Shown: positions 46,598 through 57,115, counted from the first letter of the stretch. The stretch: 64,000 nucleotides of DNA from Candidatus Latescibacterota bacterium (GCA_011772205.1 WVZY01000057.1:6190-70189); one strand, 5' to 3'. Numbers and translations: made by a program. Notes: generated from the letters alone by a model not told the origin.

Positions 46598-48892
46598 ATG
46601 GCGGAAGAAGCAAATAACTCAGGTCAGGACGTAAAGGTCTCGTTCGCGCGCGATCTCAGCATGTTCGACGCAAGTATGATCGGGATCGGTGCGATGATCG
46701 GGGCCGGGATTTTTGTACTCACGGGAATCGCCGCCGGCGAAGCGGGGCCAGCGTCCATTCTTGCCTTCGGGCTGAATGGGTTGGTCACCCTGTTGACTGC
46801 TCTGAGCTATGCGGAACTGTCGTCGGCATACCCTCAAGCAGGGGGCGGGTATGCGTTCATCAAGAAAGCCTTTCCGGGGCCGGTCGGATTCGCATCCGGT
46901 TGGATGCTTTGGTTTTCCTATATCGTCGCGTGCAGCTTGTATGCAATGGGTTTTGGCAGCTATTTCTGGGAGTTTATCAGGAGTTTCATTCCGTTTCTGT
47001 CCGATATCGCATTCGATTCTTTGGGGCCTCGGTTTCCCCTCGCCTTGATGACGGTCGTGGCGAGTCTCACCTTTATCGCGATCAACATGCGGGGCACCGC
47101 ACTCACGGGAAAAGTGGAAAACGTCATCACGATGGGGAAGATCGCGATCCTCGGCATATTCATTCTTTTCGGATTGAGGGTGGTTTTTGGATCACCGGCG
47201 GAGGCATTTTCCAGCTTCACCCCGTTTTTCCCACAGGGATTCGGGGGTGTCATTGTGGCGATGGGGCTTACGTTTATCGCTTTCGAAGGGTATGACCTCA
47301 TTGCGACCGTCGCAGAGGAGATAAAGGAGCCAACGAAGAACATACCGCGGGCAACGTTGATCTCTCTCTGCGTTGCCGTGCTGATTTACCTCCTCGTTCT
47401 GTTCGTGAGTATTGGAGCGATCCGGCCCGAGACCGGTGCCTCATGGGAATTCCTGGGGAAATACCAAGAGACCGCGATCGTGAGAGCCGCAGAAAACTTC
47501 ATGCCGGTCTTTGGCATTGCGCTGATCATATTTGGCGGACTCCTGTCCACCACGTCGGCCCTGAATGCGACGATTCTCGCGTCGTCTCGGGTCGCCTTTT
47601 CGATGAGCCGGGATAAAATGCTGCCCACGCGAATGAGCCGAATCCACCCGGATCGGCGTACCCCGCACATTGCCGTTGCAGCAACAGGGGCAATCGTCCT
47701 GGTACTCGCATTGATTTTCCCAATCCATGTCATCGGATCATCGGCAAGCTTGATGTTTCTTCTGACATTCGCTCTTGTGAACCTGTCCGTGATTGCGTTG
47801 AGGAGGAAATTCCCGGAGTTGAAAGGCGGCTTCCGGGTTCCACTCTACCCGGTCACCCCCATTATTGCGATTTCGCTCAATTTGTTTCTTGCGATTTACC
47901 AGTACAATTTCGATGCAAGATCCTGGTACATCACTGCAACGTGGATCGGCATCGGACTGTTTCTCTATTTTGTTTACGTCGAAAAAGCGGCCATTTCGGA
48001 AATACCACAAGTCATCGATGTGGCCCAGCCAAAGCCCACTTCGCAGCACAAGTACCGGATTCTAATCCCCCTGCACAATCCCGATCATGTGATTCCGTTG
48101 ATGCAGCTGGGTGCTCCGATCGCGAGGGCCAATGAAGCCGAAATCATCGTGCTCGGTGTCATCGAGGTCCCCCAGAGTCTTCCCATCCATGAGGGGATGC
48201 GGTTCATACATCACAAAGCGCCGCTGCTGAAGCAAGCCGTCCAATACGGGAAGAAGGTCGACGTTCCGACACGAACCGCTCTCCGGATTGCGCATCGTGT
48301 TTCGGACGGCATCCTGACGGCGGCCGTGGAACACAAAGCCTCGCTCGTTCTCATGGGGTGGAAAGGATACACGACGAACCGCGACCGGATTTTCGGCGAG
48401 GTGGCCGACCGGGTCGTTCGCCAGGCACCGTGCGACCTCATCACGGTGAAGCTGATGGGGGAATGGCCGATCAAGAAGATCCTGCTACCAACATCCGGGG
48501 GTCCGCATGCGCTCCTCGCAACGGAATTCGTCGCGCTATTCCAAAGGGAGTTCGATGCGGATGTAGCCTGTTGCTATGTGGTCAAAAAAGAGCACACCGA
48601 GCGGGACGCGGAAATCGGGCTCGAATGGATCGACAAAACCATCCATCGAAGCGGTCTCGAAGGAAAGGTCGACAAGCGCATAATCGAAGCCAACAATGTT
48701 GCCGCGGGTCTTATAAGAGCCGCAGCCGATTATGATCTCCTCGTTTTGGGCGCCTCTAAAGAAGGACTTTTCTCGAGCGTGCTCTTTGGGGAAATACCGG
48801 AAAAAGTGGCGAGATTCTCGAAATGCCCCGTCATGATCGTCAGACGGTATGAGGGAATTGTGAAGTCCGTCGTGAAAAAAGTATTGGGGTAA
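46598..48892 (+). CDS. APC-family (amino acid/cation) permease fused to two USP domains
   Basis: IGAMIGAGIF, YAELSSAYP.AGG, FIAFEG, AEEIKEP; C-terminal USP x2 (ILIPL..P, LMGW, ILLPTSGGPH, LLVLGAS). Confidence 0.9.
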   Translation: MAEEANNSGQDVKVSFARDLSMFDASMIGIGAMIGAGIFVLTGIAAGEAGPASILAFGLNGLVTLLTALSYAELSSAYPQAGGGYAFIKKAFPGPVGFASGWMLWFSYIVACSLYAMGFGSYFWEFIRSFIPFLSDIAFDSLGPRFPLALMTVVASLTFIAINMRGTALTGKVENVITMGKIAILGIFILFGLRVVFGSPAEAFSSFTPFFPQGFGGVIVAMGLTFIAFEGYDLIATVAEEIKEPTKNIPRATLISLCVAVLIYLLVLFVSIGAIRPETGASWEFLGKYQETAIVRAAENFMPVFGIALIIFGGLLSTTSALNATILASSRVAFSMSRDKMLPTRMSRIHPDRRTPHIAVAATGAIVLVLALIFPIHVIGSSASLMFLLTFALVNLSVIALRRKFPELKGGFRVPLYPVTPIIAISLNLFLAIYQYNFDARSWYITATWIGIGLFLYFVYVEKAAISEIPQVIDVAQPKPTSQHKYRILIPLHNPDHVIPLMQLGAPIARANEAEIIVLGVIEVPQSLPIHEGMRFIHHKAPLLKQAVQYGKKVDVPTRTALRIAHRVSDGILTAAVEHKASLVLMGWKGYTTNRDRIFGEVADRVVRQAPCDLITVKLMGEWPIKKILLPTSGGPHALLATEFVALFQREFDADVACCYVVKKEHTERDAEIGLEWIDKTIHRSGLEGKVDKRIIEANNVAAGLIRAAADYDLLVLGASKEGLFSSVLFGEIPEKVARFSKCPVMIVRRYEGIVKSVVKKVLG

Positions 48893-49010
48893 TGTGAACT
48901 CAAAAGCCCGCCGGTTCACTAGCTACATTTTCCCCCAGCGGCCATTCTATTTTTTCCCAGCAGCTTAAAGAGGAATTCCGGGTACGGACGGTTTGCTTTG
49001 CCACATCGGT

Positions 49011-50153
49011 TCAGCGGCACCATGTTGGAAAGAGGCAACGCCCCTCCGCTGTCAAAGGCCGCCATCCGGATCCATCCGTCGCCGCAACGAAAACTTTTTC
49101 AAAGCTTCTCGCTGGCCTGGAAATAAACGCCACGAACCGGCCGTCGGGGGAAAGAGAGGGGGATGCCATCCGAACATCGAGCCGAGACTCGTGAAAGATT
49201 TCGACAACAGCCTTGTCGCTGATAGATACGGATAAGAGCCGGTAATGCCCGCTCATTATTCCAGCTGTCAGGGTCGCACGCATCGGGCCAACCTCTCTAT
49301 CGGGGAGACCGCTGAGGAACACGATTCCATCACTCGAGGGGAGCCAGGCAATCCAGTGGATTGGGAATTGGGAATCGCAAATCTCGGTGATCTCGCTCGA
49401 AGCCAGATTCAGGATCCAGAGCTTGTTGTTCCCCCCACAGGCGAGCCGGGATCCATCGGGAGAGCACGCGAGGACGTTTATCCCATCAACATCCTGCTCG
49501 GAGAGGGGCCGCGGCGGCAACTGGAATACTTCTCCCTCTATATCCACCGAGAAAACGTCTATCCCGTTGGTATAGTAGACAGTCCTGCCGTCGGGTGACC
49601 AATCGCTCGCCAGTAGGCGATCCTCAGCCACGAGCTGCACCTTATCACCCAAAGCCTCCACAAGGAAAAGGCCGGATTGGTTGGTGACAAGTAATTTTCG
49701 GCCGCTTGGCGACCACCTGGGCGGGATGATGCGAAAATTCCGTAGCCGCTTTGGCCCCGAATGAACGACTGGAGATGCAAACGTTCCCGGATCGACGGGA
49801 TCTCCTCGATCGATATCGGCGACAATCAAGTGGGCGCTGCTGTTCGATAGCTCCCACCAAGGAAAATAGCGGGCGTGGTTGCCTTTTTTCTCGAACGAAT
49901 AGAAGGCAATCGATCGCCCATTGGGTGAGCAGGTGGGCGCAACGATCGACGCATCAAGATCGATAATCGTTTTCGCGGTGTTCCCGAGCGCGTCAATGCC
50001 CCAGATTGCGTGCTCCCTGACGTAAACGATTCTATCATAGGGATCTAAAGCCTCACGGGAGAGCGTAGGGAGTGGGGCGGCGCAGCCGCCGAGGAGGCAG
50101 CAAAGGAAGAGTTCTCCAATCGGAAAAATGAGCCGGGTGAGCATGTCTGACAC
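49011..50153 (-). CDS. TolB-like (PD40) beta-propeller lipoprotein
   Basis: LLGGC lipobox; repeated WSP/SPDG motifs. Confidence 0.8.
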   Translation of the reverse strand: MSDMLTRLIFPIGELFLCCLLGGCAAPLPTLSREALDPYDRIVYVREHAIWGIDALGNTAKTIIDLDASIVAPTCSPNGRSIAFYSFEKKGNHARYFPWWELSNSSAHLIVADIDRGDPVDPGTFASPVVHSGPKRLRNFRIIPPRWSPSGRKLLVTNQSGLFLVEALGDKVQLVAEDRLLASDWSPDGRTVYYTNGIDVFSVDIEGEVFQLPPRPLSEQDVDGINVLACSPDGSRLACGGNNKLWILNLASSEITEICDSQFPIHWIAWLPSSDGIVFLSGLPDREVGPMRATLTAGIMSGHYRLLSVSISDKAVVEIFHESRLDVRMASPSLSPDGRFVAFISRPARSFEKVFVAATDGSGWRPLTAEGRCLFPTWCR

Positions 50154-50561
50154 TTATTCGGAAAATCCACTTATTCTCGAACCGCTGTCATGATCTGTTT
50201 GGCTTCGTTCGCCTTTTCGATGACGGTCGTGCAATGATGGCCGTCATGCAGGGAGTATAACTGACAGAACGACCGAATGGGAATGTCTTTCCGGGTAGGC
50301 ACGAGGCTTTGCGGCGCGGGATGAATAGCCAAAGTCTCTCACCGGGGACGAGGTGGGAGACGTTCGTTTGGCGGACTAGCTGCAACAAACGGCTCTGCAG
50401 CGCGACAATGTGCTGTAAAGTTACCAATTAAATAAGACTTATCAGAGCATACAAGTTTTAGGGTTATAAGGGTTATGGACATGGTGAGAATGTATTCAGG
50501 AATTTGGAATGAGGGCGATAGATCTGAAGACTCAACGGCTACCAGGGAGTCTCAAATCGCG

Positions 50562-50720
50562 ATGAAGAATTTTGCTATGTTCCTAATCCTTGCTTTGTTT
50601 TGCGCGTTTGTGTTTTTTGCATCGCTTTTCGGGTTCGCACACGCGAGTGGTGGCTTGGATTCGAATGAGGCAATCCTGGACTGCCACGAAGACTACGACG
50701 CTCTGCTATAGTTGCCATAC
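50562..50720 (+). pseudogene. Decayed multiheme cytochrome 5' remnant
   Basis: Signal peptide plus NEAILDCHEDYD (broken CxxCH), then stop; CYSCH in another frame at 50704-50718. Confidence 0.55.
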
Positions 50721-50795
50721 ACTATCTGAGTCACATGTTGTGTTCTTCGAATCCAACATTTCGGACTTCTTATGACGACTTGTCTTGAATAAACC

Positions 50796-50823
50796 TTGAC
50801 AGTGTGGAGCTGGATGCTAAAAT
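50796..50823 (+). promoter_or_regulatory. Sigma70 promoter of the cytochrome/porin operon
   Basis: TTGACA-16 nt-(TGc)TAAAAT. Confidence 0.6.
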
Positions 50824-50862
50824 GCTTGAGGGTGCCAACGACCCAGCGTACGGGAGGTGATA

Positions 50863-51801
50863 ATGCGATTCACTAACCAGCTTTTCACAATGTCTTTCTT
50901 CGTTTCCCTTCTCCTTGTTATCCTCCTCACTTTTCCAGCATCGATGGTGGCGCAAGAGGCCGTTGTGGATGATGAAACGTGCCTGGACTGCCATGAGGAA
51001 TACGACCGATCGCTCGCTTCGAGTTCCCATAGGCTGGTGGCGCAAACAGACACCCGAACTGTTCAAATCCGCTGTGTTAGTTGTCACCGGGGAGCAGAAC
51101 TCCACGTTGAAGATCCTTCCACTGAGAACATTGGGAATCCCGCGAGTCTTATCGGATTTGATGTGATCGAGATTTGTTCGCAATGTCACTCGGCCCACTC
51201 CGAGCTCGACAACTACGGTTTCGATGCACATACGGTGGAGCAGTTGAACTGCTCGGAGTGCCACAAGGTTCATACTTTTGGCACGGTTCCCCTTCTCGAT
51301 GAGAGGGCGGAGTTCTGTTTCGGGTGTCATCAGGAAAAGAGAGCCAACTTCCTCAAAAACTCTAACCATCCGGTACTCCAACAGAACGTCACGTGCTTGA
51401 GCTGCCATCAATTTACAAAACGGCAGGATCAAAATCTCGCCTATGAATTGTCGAGCCATTGCCGCGATTGTCATCCTGAGCAGGGGGGACCGTTTCTCTT
51501 CGAGCACGAGGCAGTCAATGCTTATTCGGTCGAGGGGAGCGGGTGCATCGAATGCCATGATCCTCATGGAAGCGAAAATAACCGACTGATGAGGCAGCCC
51601 GGGAATCAGCTTTGTCGACAATGTCATTTCCCTGCGGGTCACACGGCGGCACATGGCGGGATCTGGGCTGCTTACGACTGTCAGATTTGCCACACGGAAA
51701 CACACGGCTCCTTCGTAAGTAACCTGTATCTCGATCCGAATTTGCCCGCCAAACTGGGCGGCAGCTGTTACAACCCTGGCTGTCATAGCCTAAATAGGTA
51801 G
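50863..51801 (+). CDS. Periplasmic decaheme cytochrome c, MtrA/DmsE-like
   Basis: Signal peptide; 10 CxxCH; GGPFLFEH, CHDPHGS and HGS motifs; additional CYNPGCH at the C-terminus. Confidence 0.9.
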   Translation: MRFTNQLFTMSFFVSLLLVILLTFPASMVAQEAVVDDETCLDCHEEYDRSLASSSHRLVAQTDTRTVQIRCVSCHRGAELHVEDPSTENIGNPASLIGFDVIEICSQCHSAHSELDNYGFDAHTVEQLNCSECHKVHTFGTVPLLDERAEFCFGCHQEKRANFLKNSNHPVLQQNVTCLSCHQFTKRQDQNLAYELSSHCRDCHPEQGGPFLFEHEAVNAYSVEGSGCIECHDPHGSENNRLMRQPGNQLCRQCHFPAGHTAAHGGIWAAYDCQICHTETHGSFVSNLYLDPNLPAKLGGSCYNPGCHSLNR

Positions 51802-51812
51802 CGAGGTTCACA

Positions 51813-53375
51813 ATGAGATGCCATAGGCGTGCAATGCTGGGTCTCTTGTTTGGAATATTCGTATGCTCGGCGAATGGGGCGGTATCGAAAGAAGGGACCG
51901 GCAGGTTCGAGTTGGGCTACGTTTATACGGACGAGGAAGGCAACCTCGCAGTCAACCAGGAGACCCACAACCTGTATGACGGATTGACAATCTCGCTCCG
52001 AGATGCCCGTTATTCGCTGGATAACGGGATTAATATAGGGGCGAATTTGAGGTACATCTCCCTGGACAATAGGAACATCGATTTCTCCGCCTCCAAAGCT
52101 CAGCTTTTTTCTCTCTCGTTCCATCACGATCAATATCGGCGAATTTACGAATCCGGAGGAAGAGGGTCCACCGATCGGAAATCAACAGGAGGGCAAGTGT
52201 CCGTTTCTCCTGTGAAGTATGTCACACTCTTCGGAGGGTATAGCTGGACAGATAAGGGAGGGACCAATTTGTTCTTGTTCCAACCTATCTCCGATCCGGT
52301 GGTTTTTACCAGCGACTATACCCATCGATTTTTCAACATCGGAGGGCAAGGATTCTTCAAGGGCAGGAGTGTTCGATTGGAGTATCGACAATCTGATTTT
52401 GATGATGAGGCAAAAGGTCACGGCGATCGCAAAGGACAAATGTTCAGAACCAGCGCTTCGACTCCGTTTCCCAGATACGAGCGTGTGGTACTGGCAGGAG
52501 GGTATGATTACCGACTTGATGAAATGGAGGGAAGTAGCGTTGAGCTGGAAACGAACCAGGCATGGGGCGCTACGAAAGCTAGGCTGCCCGGACAGATTAC
52601 CGTCGATTACCGGTTTGTTTTCGCACGCACCGACCATAAAGGCAACGGGATCGAAACGGATAACTTTCTGAACACGGTCTCGGTGGGAAGACGTTGGAAC
52701 CGACATGGAGGGTTTCGCGTTGGATACGAAAACCGTATCGTCGACGATCTCATCGATCGGAGCGAGTCCAATGGATTTTTGTTCAGTGGTTGGATCAATT
52801 ACCTCGACAAGCTTTTTGTAAGAACTTCGACGGCGACGCGGGATAAGAATATCGTCACGGGATCGACGCTGATTGGGGATGAAGATTTCACCCGCTATCG
52901 GGTCGCAGCCAGATATGTAGATGAGCGGTTTGGGGAGTTATCCGCACAGGTGCGAGCGCGTGTCAAAGAAAACGATGATATCGGGAGTGAAGCAGAATAC
53001 ACATCCTTCTCAACCGGCTTCAAGCTCTCCAGGCAAAAATACGGTCGGCTATCCATTTTTTACACATACTATGTTGGAGAATACGAGAGCCGTTCCGCGG
53101 ACTTCGAGTTGTCCGACCATGTGGTCAGGGGAAAGATCACGCCTGTGAAGTATCGGAAAGTAAGCGTCACCGCAGGAGGAACGTATTACCGGAGCCGAAG
53201 GGACCTAGATGTTGAAAAATCCAGTTTGAATTTGGGCATTTCCTATGAACTCCCGGAAGATTTTCACGTGGAGGCGAAGTATTCGGTGTTCAACTACGAC
53301 GACTTCCAGGCGATCGATTTGTTCTATACGGGAAATGTTGTGGAGGTGAGTATCGCAAGAGATTTTTCCATATAA
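51813..53375 (+). CDS. Outer-membrane beta-barrel, MtrB/PioB-like porin
   Basis: Signal peptide, amphipathic Tyr/Gly-rich strands, C-terminal VSIARDF; directly after the decaheme gene. Confidence 0.75.
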   Translation: MRCHRRAMLGLLFGIFVCSANGAVSKEGTGRFELGYVYTDEEGNLAVNQETHNLYDGLTISLRDARYSLDNGINIGANLRYISLDNRNIDFSASKAQLFSLSFHHDQYRRIYESGGRGSTDRKSTGGQVSVSPVKYVTLFGGYSWTDKGGTNLFLFQPISDPVVFTSDYTHRFFNIGGQGFFKGRSVRLEYRQSDFDDEAKGHGDRKGQMFRTSASTPFPRYERVVLAGGYDYRLDEMEGSSVELETNQAWGATKARLPGQITVDYRFVFARTDHKGNGIETDNFLNTVSVGRRWNRHGGFRVGYENRIVDDLIDRSESNGFLFSGWINYLDKLFVRTSTATRDKNIVTGSTLIGDEDFTRYRVAARYVDERFGELSAQVRARVKENDDIGSEAEYTSFSTGFKLSRQKYGRLSIFYTYYVGEYESRSADFELSDHVVRGKITPVKYRKVSVTAGGTYYRSRRDLDVEKSSLNLGISYELPEDFHVEAKYSVFNYDDFQAIDLFYTGNVVEVSIARDFSI

Positions 53376-53594
53376 AGATCGGTATGGGGCGCGGATTACC
53401 ACGAATATGTGGCAACGGGAATTGAGAAAGGCTCACTAAGAGCATAATGCGGGGATAGTAAACCAATACGTTTGACCCCCGGTTGGCAAACAAGAAGAGA
53501 AAACGGTAGCAGAACTTGGCCTTAGAGCAACGCCAAAGCCTCTTGCCATCCTTGCGTGTGAGGCGAATTGTTGCAAAGAAGGAGGTGCGTTTCT

Positions 53595-54713
53595 ATGAAA
53601 ACTGCAGCCCGAGTATTTTTGCTGGGGCTGTTGGCACCGCTAGTCGCTATGGGCTGCGAGCGAAAAGTGACCAATGAGGTGACCGAGATCGTTTCCCCGG
53701 ATGTATCTTTTTATGTGGGGAGCGACGCCTGCCAGGCATGCCATCCCAGCTTGCATGCGAGCTTCATGAAAACCGGGCATCCCTTCAAGTTGAACGACGC
53801 AGACGACGTTCAGGATCCCAACTACTATCCCTTCTCCACGGTTCAGAATCCGCCGGATCTGGCTTGGAGCGAAATCGATCTCGTCATCGGTGGATTCTGG
53901 TGGAAGGCACGATATATCAGGGCAGATGGGAGGATATATACGGGGCCAAACCGGCAGTATAACCTGCGGCCTGATAATCTCGCGCCTCCGGAATTCGTCA
54001 AGTACGAAACGGATACCCCAGGGACAAAAGACTACGATTGCGGTCGCTGCCATACAACCGGCTACAAGGCGCAGGGGAACCAGGATGGGAAACCCGGCCT
54101 GATCGGCACCTGGGCGTCAAACGGGATCCAGTGTGAAGCATGCCATGGTCCCGGAGGAGTTCATGCGAACTCTCCCTATGACGTCCGCATGGTTATTGAC
54201 AGGTCAAACGAGCTGTGCGGCAAGTGCCATGTTCGCGGCGCGGTTAACACGATCCCAGCGCAAGGCGGCTTTATTCGTCATCACGAGCAGTGGAACGAGA
54301 TGTTCACGACGAAGCATAGCGGGATCCAATGCGTCACTTGCCACGATCCGCATATAGGGCTACACCCGAGTAATCCAGATCGGGATATGGCGATCAGGCT
54401 CCAGTGCGAAAACTGCCACATGAAAGAGACGAAGAGTTTCGAGAATTCCTCGATCCTTCATTACGATGCGGGCATAACCTGCGAGGACTGCCACATGCCG
54501 AAAGCGAGCAAATCGGCCGTAGCGATCGGAACGTACGAAGCGGATGTCGCCACACATCTGTGGCGGATCAATACGGACGCGAATGCCGAAATGTTCACTC
54601 CCGACGGGAAGTTCGCAAACGGGTACCTAACACTCAATTTTGCCTGCAGTAGGTGTCATCCAGCAAAGACATTGGGTGAGCTTTCCTCCGACGCAGCGAA
54701 CGTGCACGAGTAG
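53595..54713 (+). CDS. Octaheme c-type cytochrome lipoprotein
   Basis: VAMGC lipobox; 8 CxxCH (CQACH, CGRCH, CEACH, CGKCH, CVTCH, CENCH, CEDCH, CSRCH); AAGGAGG SD. Confidence 0.88.
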   Translation: MKTAARVFLLGLLAPLVAMGCERKVTNEVTEIVSPDVSFYVGSDACQACHPSLHASFMKTGHPFKLNDADDVQDPNYYPFSTVQNPPDLAWSEIDLVIGGFWWKARYIRADGRIYTGPNRQYNLRPDNLAPPEFVKYETDTPGTKDYDCGRCHTTGYKAQGNQDGKPGLIGTWASNGIQCEACHGPGGVHANSPYDVRMVIDRSNELCGKCHVRGAVNTIPAQGGFIRHHEQWNEMFTTKHSGIQCVTCHDPHIGLHPSNPDRDMAIRLQCENCHMKETKSFENSSILHYDAGITCEDCHMPKASKSAVAIGTYEADVATHLWRINTDANAEMFTPDGKFANGYLTLNFACSRCHPAKTLGELSSDAANVHE

Positions 54714-54758
54714 AGCCCGGAAAACGCGGATTCGAACCTCCTCGTCCTCAGATGTAAG

Positions 54759-54793
54759 AAAGCCCCTTTCCTGTGGGAAAGGGGCTTTATTTT
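54759..54793 (+). terminator. Intrinsic terminator after the octaheme gene
   Basis: 13-bp stem AAAGCCCCTTTCC-TGTG-GGAAAGGGGCTTT followed by ATTTT. Confidence 0.85.
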
Positions 54794-55131
54794 AAGCATC
54801 TCTCTGCTTGGCTGCCAAGTAACCATTCCCGTAAGATGATGGTGGCGGATATTTTCAAATATCAATACTTCCTCGATGGTGATCGCGAGCACAGATGAGA
54901 TCTACATCGAAGCATGGACCGCGTAACTTCCAGTAACCTAGCGGCTTAGCCAATTTATCTTCATGCACGATATCTCAGAGTTTTATCATACAAATGTTCT
55001 ATTGGAGTGGTTGGCATTCTGTGTTTGAATGTTGTTATCTTCACAAGCGATTTGTTTCGCACGCGTCAGGAACCGCGTGGCCGCAGGCTGGCCTTGAGCC
55101 AGATTGCAGTGATGGCTTCCACAGCAGAAAC

Positions 55132-55153
55132 AATTGTGAGAGATACCACAATT
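55132..55153. promoter_or_regulatory. Palindromic CRP/Rex-like operator
   Basis: AATTGTG-N8-CACAATT (TGTGA-N6-CCACA). Confidence 0.45.
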
Positions 55154-55260
55154 TTGTCTGCACGGCACACCCAGGGGGCAGCAACAACGGGTTTGCCAAG
55201 CTGTGAGGGGGGCGTATAGTGGTGCAACTAGTTTTTCCAAGGCCAAAACGACCTGAACTC

Positions 55261-55502
55261 CATATTCTATCCATCTTCGCTCTCTCGGTTAGCCGTTATC
55301 CCCGTCCGTTGCACGGGACAATTGCGAAACATGTCTCTGCTGCCTCGGTGACACGGCGCTCACGACGATCAAAAACGGCGTCCTGCGATCGGTGTATGTC
55401 AGCTCCCACACCCTAGACACATCCGTGCATGAAGGTGTTGATTGCATCGCTTGCCATGTCGATCTCGAGGGCATGGAGATAATCTGCTCGAGCTCTTCCT
55501 AA
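55261..55502 (+). pseudogene. Decayed multiheme cytochrome 5' remnant
   Basis: Frame from 55311: DNCETCLCCLGD...RSVYV....TSVHEGVDCIACHVDLEG then stop; signal-like HILSIFALSV upstream in another frame. Confidence 0.62.
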
Positions 55503-55593
55503 AACGTTTCGACAACTAGGCACTGAACAGGTTGCGCTTCCCGCATGTCCCCGTTATATTCAGTCCTATCTAAAACACGGTGAGTGTGACAGC

Positions 55594-56241
55594 ATGCAGA
55601 CGATTATTCTCATCCGTCATGGCGAGAGCGAGTGGAACCTCGAAGGCCGAGTTCAAGGATATTTGGACTCGCCCTTGAGCAACCTCGGCGTGGAGCAGGC
55701 GCACCGCATCGGTGAACGGCTCAAACGCGAGTCGATCGACCATGTGGTGTCCAGTACGGCCTCCCGTGCGATAGATACGTGCCGGATTGCTCTTGGCTCC
55801 CATATGCATGTCGAAACGAGCGATGCCCTCCGAGAAATCAACCTGGGAATCTGGGAGGGCCGCAGATCTACCGATCTCAAGCTCGAATACCCCAGAGAAG
55901 TGGAGATGTGGTACCGGATGCCTTCCCGGGTAAAGATCGATCGCGGCGAATCCCTGCGAGCATTCAGATTGAGGGTAACCAGGGAGTTGGATCGTATCCG
56001 CGCGGAGCAAGCCGACAAAACATTCGCCGTATTTACCCACGGCGGAGTAATTTGCACTTACCTCACCAGCCTGTTGGGCATGAAACTCGATGACCTCTGG
56101 CGCTTCAAGATACGGAACGGATCCATCACGACGATCATTTTTCCCAAAGAACAGCCCAGGATCGCGCTCCTCGGTGATACTCACCATCTCGATGGCTGCG
56201 AACGCATTGATTCACAAGCGGCCACGCGTTTCTTCCCCTGA
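55594..56241 (+). CDS. Histidine phosphatase (phosphoglycerate mutase/CobC-like) family
   Basis: IRHGESEWN, RA..T, LREINLGIWEG, GES, THGG. Confidence 0.9.
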   Translation: MQTIILIRHGESEWNLEGRVQGYLDSPLSNLGVEQAHRIGERLKRESIDHVVSSTASRAIDTCRIALGSHMHVETSDALREINLGIWEGRRSTDLKLEYPREVEMWYRMPSRVKIDRGESLRAFRLRVTRELDRIRAEQADKTFAVFTHGGVICTYLTSLLGMKLDDLWRFKIRNGSITTIIFPKEQPRIALLGDTHHLDGCERIDSQAATRFFP

Positions 56242-56350
56242 TCCTACGATCGTGTTGCTTAGAGTTCATATAGCAGCCGACCAGTGCTCCCATGCTGGAA
56301 TGTTTCATATTTGAATTTCATCGAGTGGGCTGTATCCGTCGGGAAGGCAC

Positions 56351-57067
56351 TTAACCTCTCGAATACCGTCTTCCCAGCGTGAGTTTGAGATACATTGCCC
56401 CCGCAACGAAGCCTCCGATGTGGGCGAACCAGGCCACACCCCCTTGGGAAAGACCCGTAGACAAGGATGCAATCCCGCTGAATGCTTGCAGAACGAACCA
56501 GAAGACGAGAAGGAATGCAGCGGGGAGCTCTACCAAACGGATAAAGATCCCCAGAAACACCAGAGTCAGCACCCGCGCCCTTGGAAATGCGATCAGGTAT
56601 GCGCCGAGAACGCCGGCAACGGCCCCGCTGGCACCCACTGTGGGAATAGGTGAGTTCGGTTGAAAGGCAATATGCGTGAGTGATGCGATGAGTCCGCAGA
56701 CGAGATAGAAAAGCAGAAACCGGAATGATCCGAGGATATCCTCTACGTTGTTTCCAAAAATCCAGAGGAAAAGCATGTTTCCGAAGATATGAAAGAAACT
56801 TCCGTGAAGGAACATCGAAGTAAAAAGGGTGAGATGGATGATCGGAGGTCCTGGGGTATGAATAATTGGCACGCCTGCGTATCGGCCGATGAGGTCGGTG
56901 TTCCTGACGATTTCATAAGGAGTCGCTCCGTAAGAAGCGACGAACGAGCTGAGTTGCGGTCCAAGCATGAGCTCATAAATAAATACGGCGAGATTTGCAC
57001 CAATGAGAGCGATGGTGACGGCGGGAAAGTGAATCGTTGGGTTTCTATCTTTGATTGGGAAAAACAT
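56351..57067 (-). CDS. Rhomboid intramembrane serine protease
   Basis: FLHGSFFHIFGNM, GASG, AHIGG. Confidence 0.92.
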   Translation of the reverse strand: MFFPIKDRNPTIHFPAVTIALIGANLAVFIYELMLGPQLSSFVASYGATPYEIVRNTDLIGRYAGVPIIHTPGPPIIHLTLFTSMFLHGSFFHIFGNMLFLWIFGNNVEDILGSFRFLLFYLVCGLIASLTHIAFQPNSPIPTVGASGAVAGVLGAYLIAFPRARVLTLVFLGIFIRLVELPAAFLLVFWFVLQAFSGIASLSTGLSQGGVAWFAHIGGFVAGAMYLKLTLGRRYSRG

Positions 57068-57115
57068 TGCTTGCCGTGTCTCTTCTCACCAACGTGTAAC
57101 TGGAAAGTTAAAGCG

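Noticed and set aside
50770-51786. 338-aa minus-strand ORF
   Set aside because: Antisense shadow of the decaheme cytochrome gene; no motifs
53480-53550. Possible c-di-GMP-I riboswitch before the octaheme gene (GGCAAAC ... CAAAGCCTC)
   Set aside because: No paired stem with GNRA loop or second stem could be built
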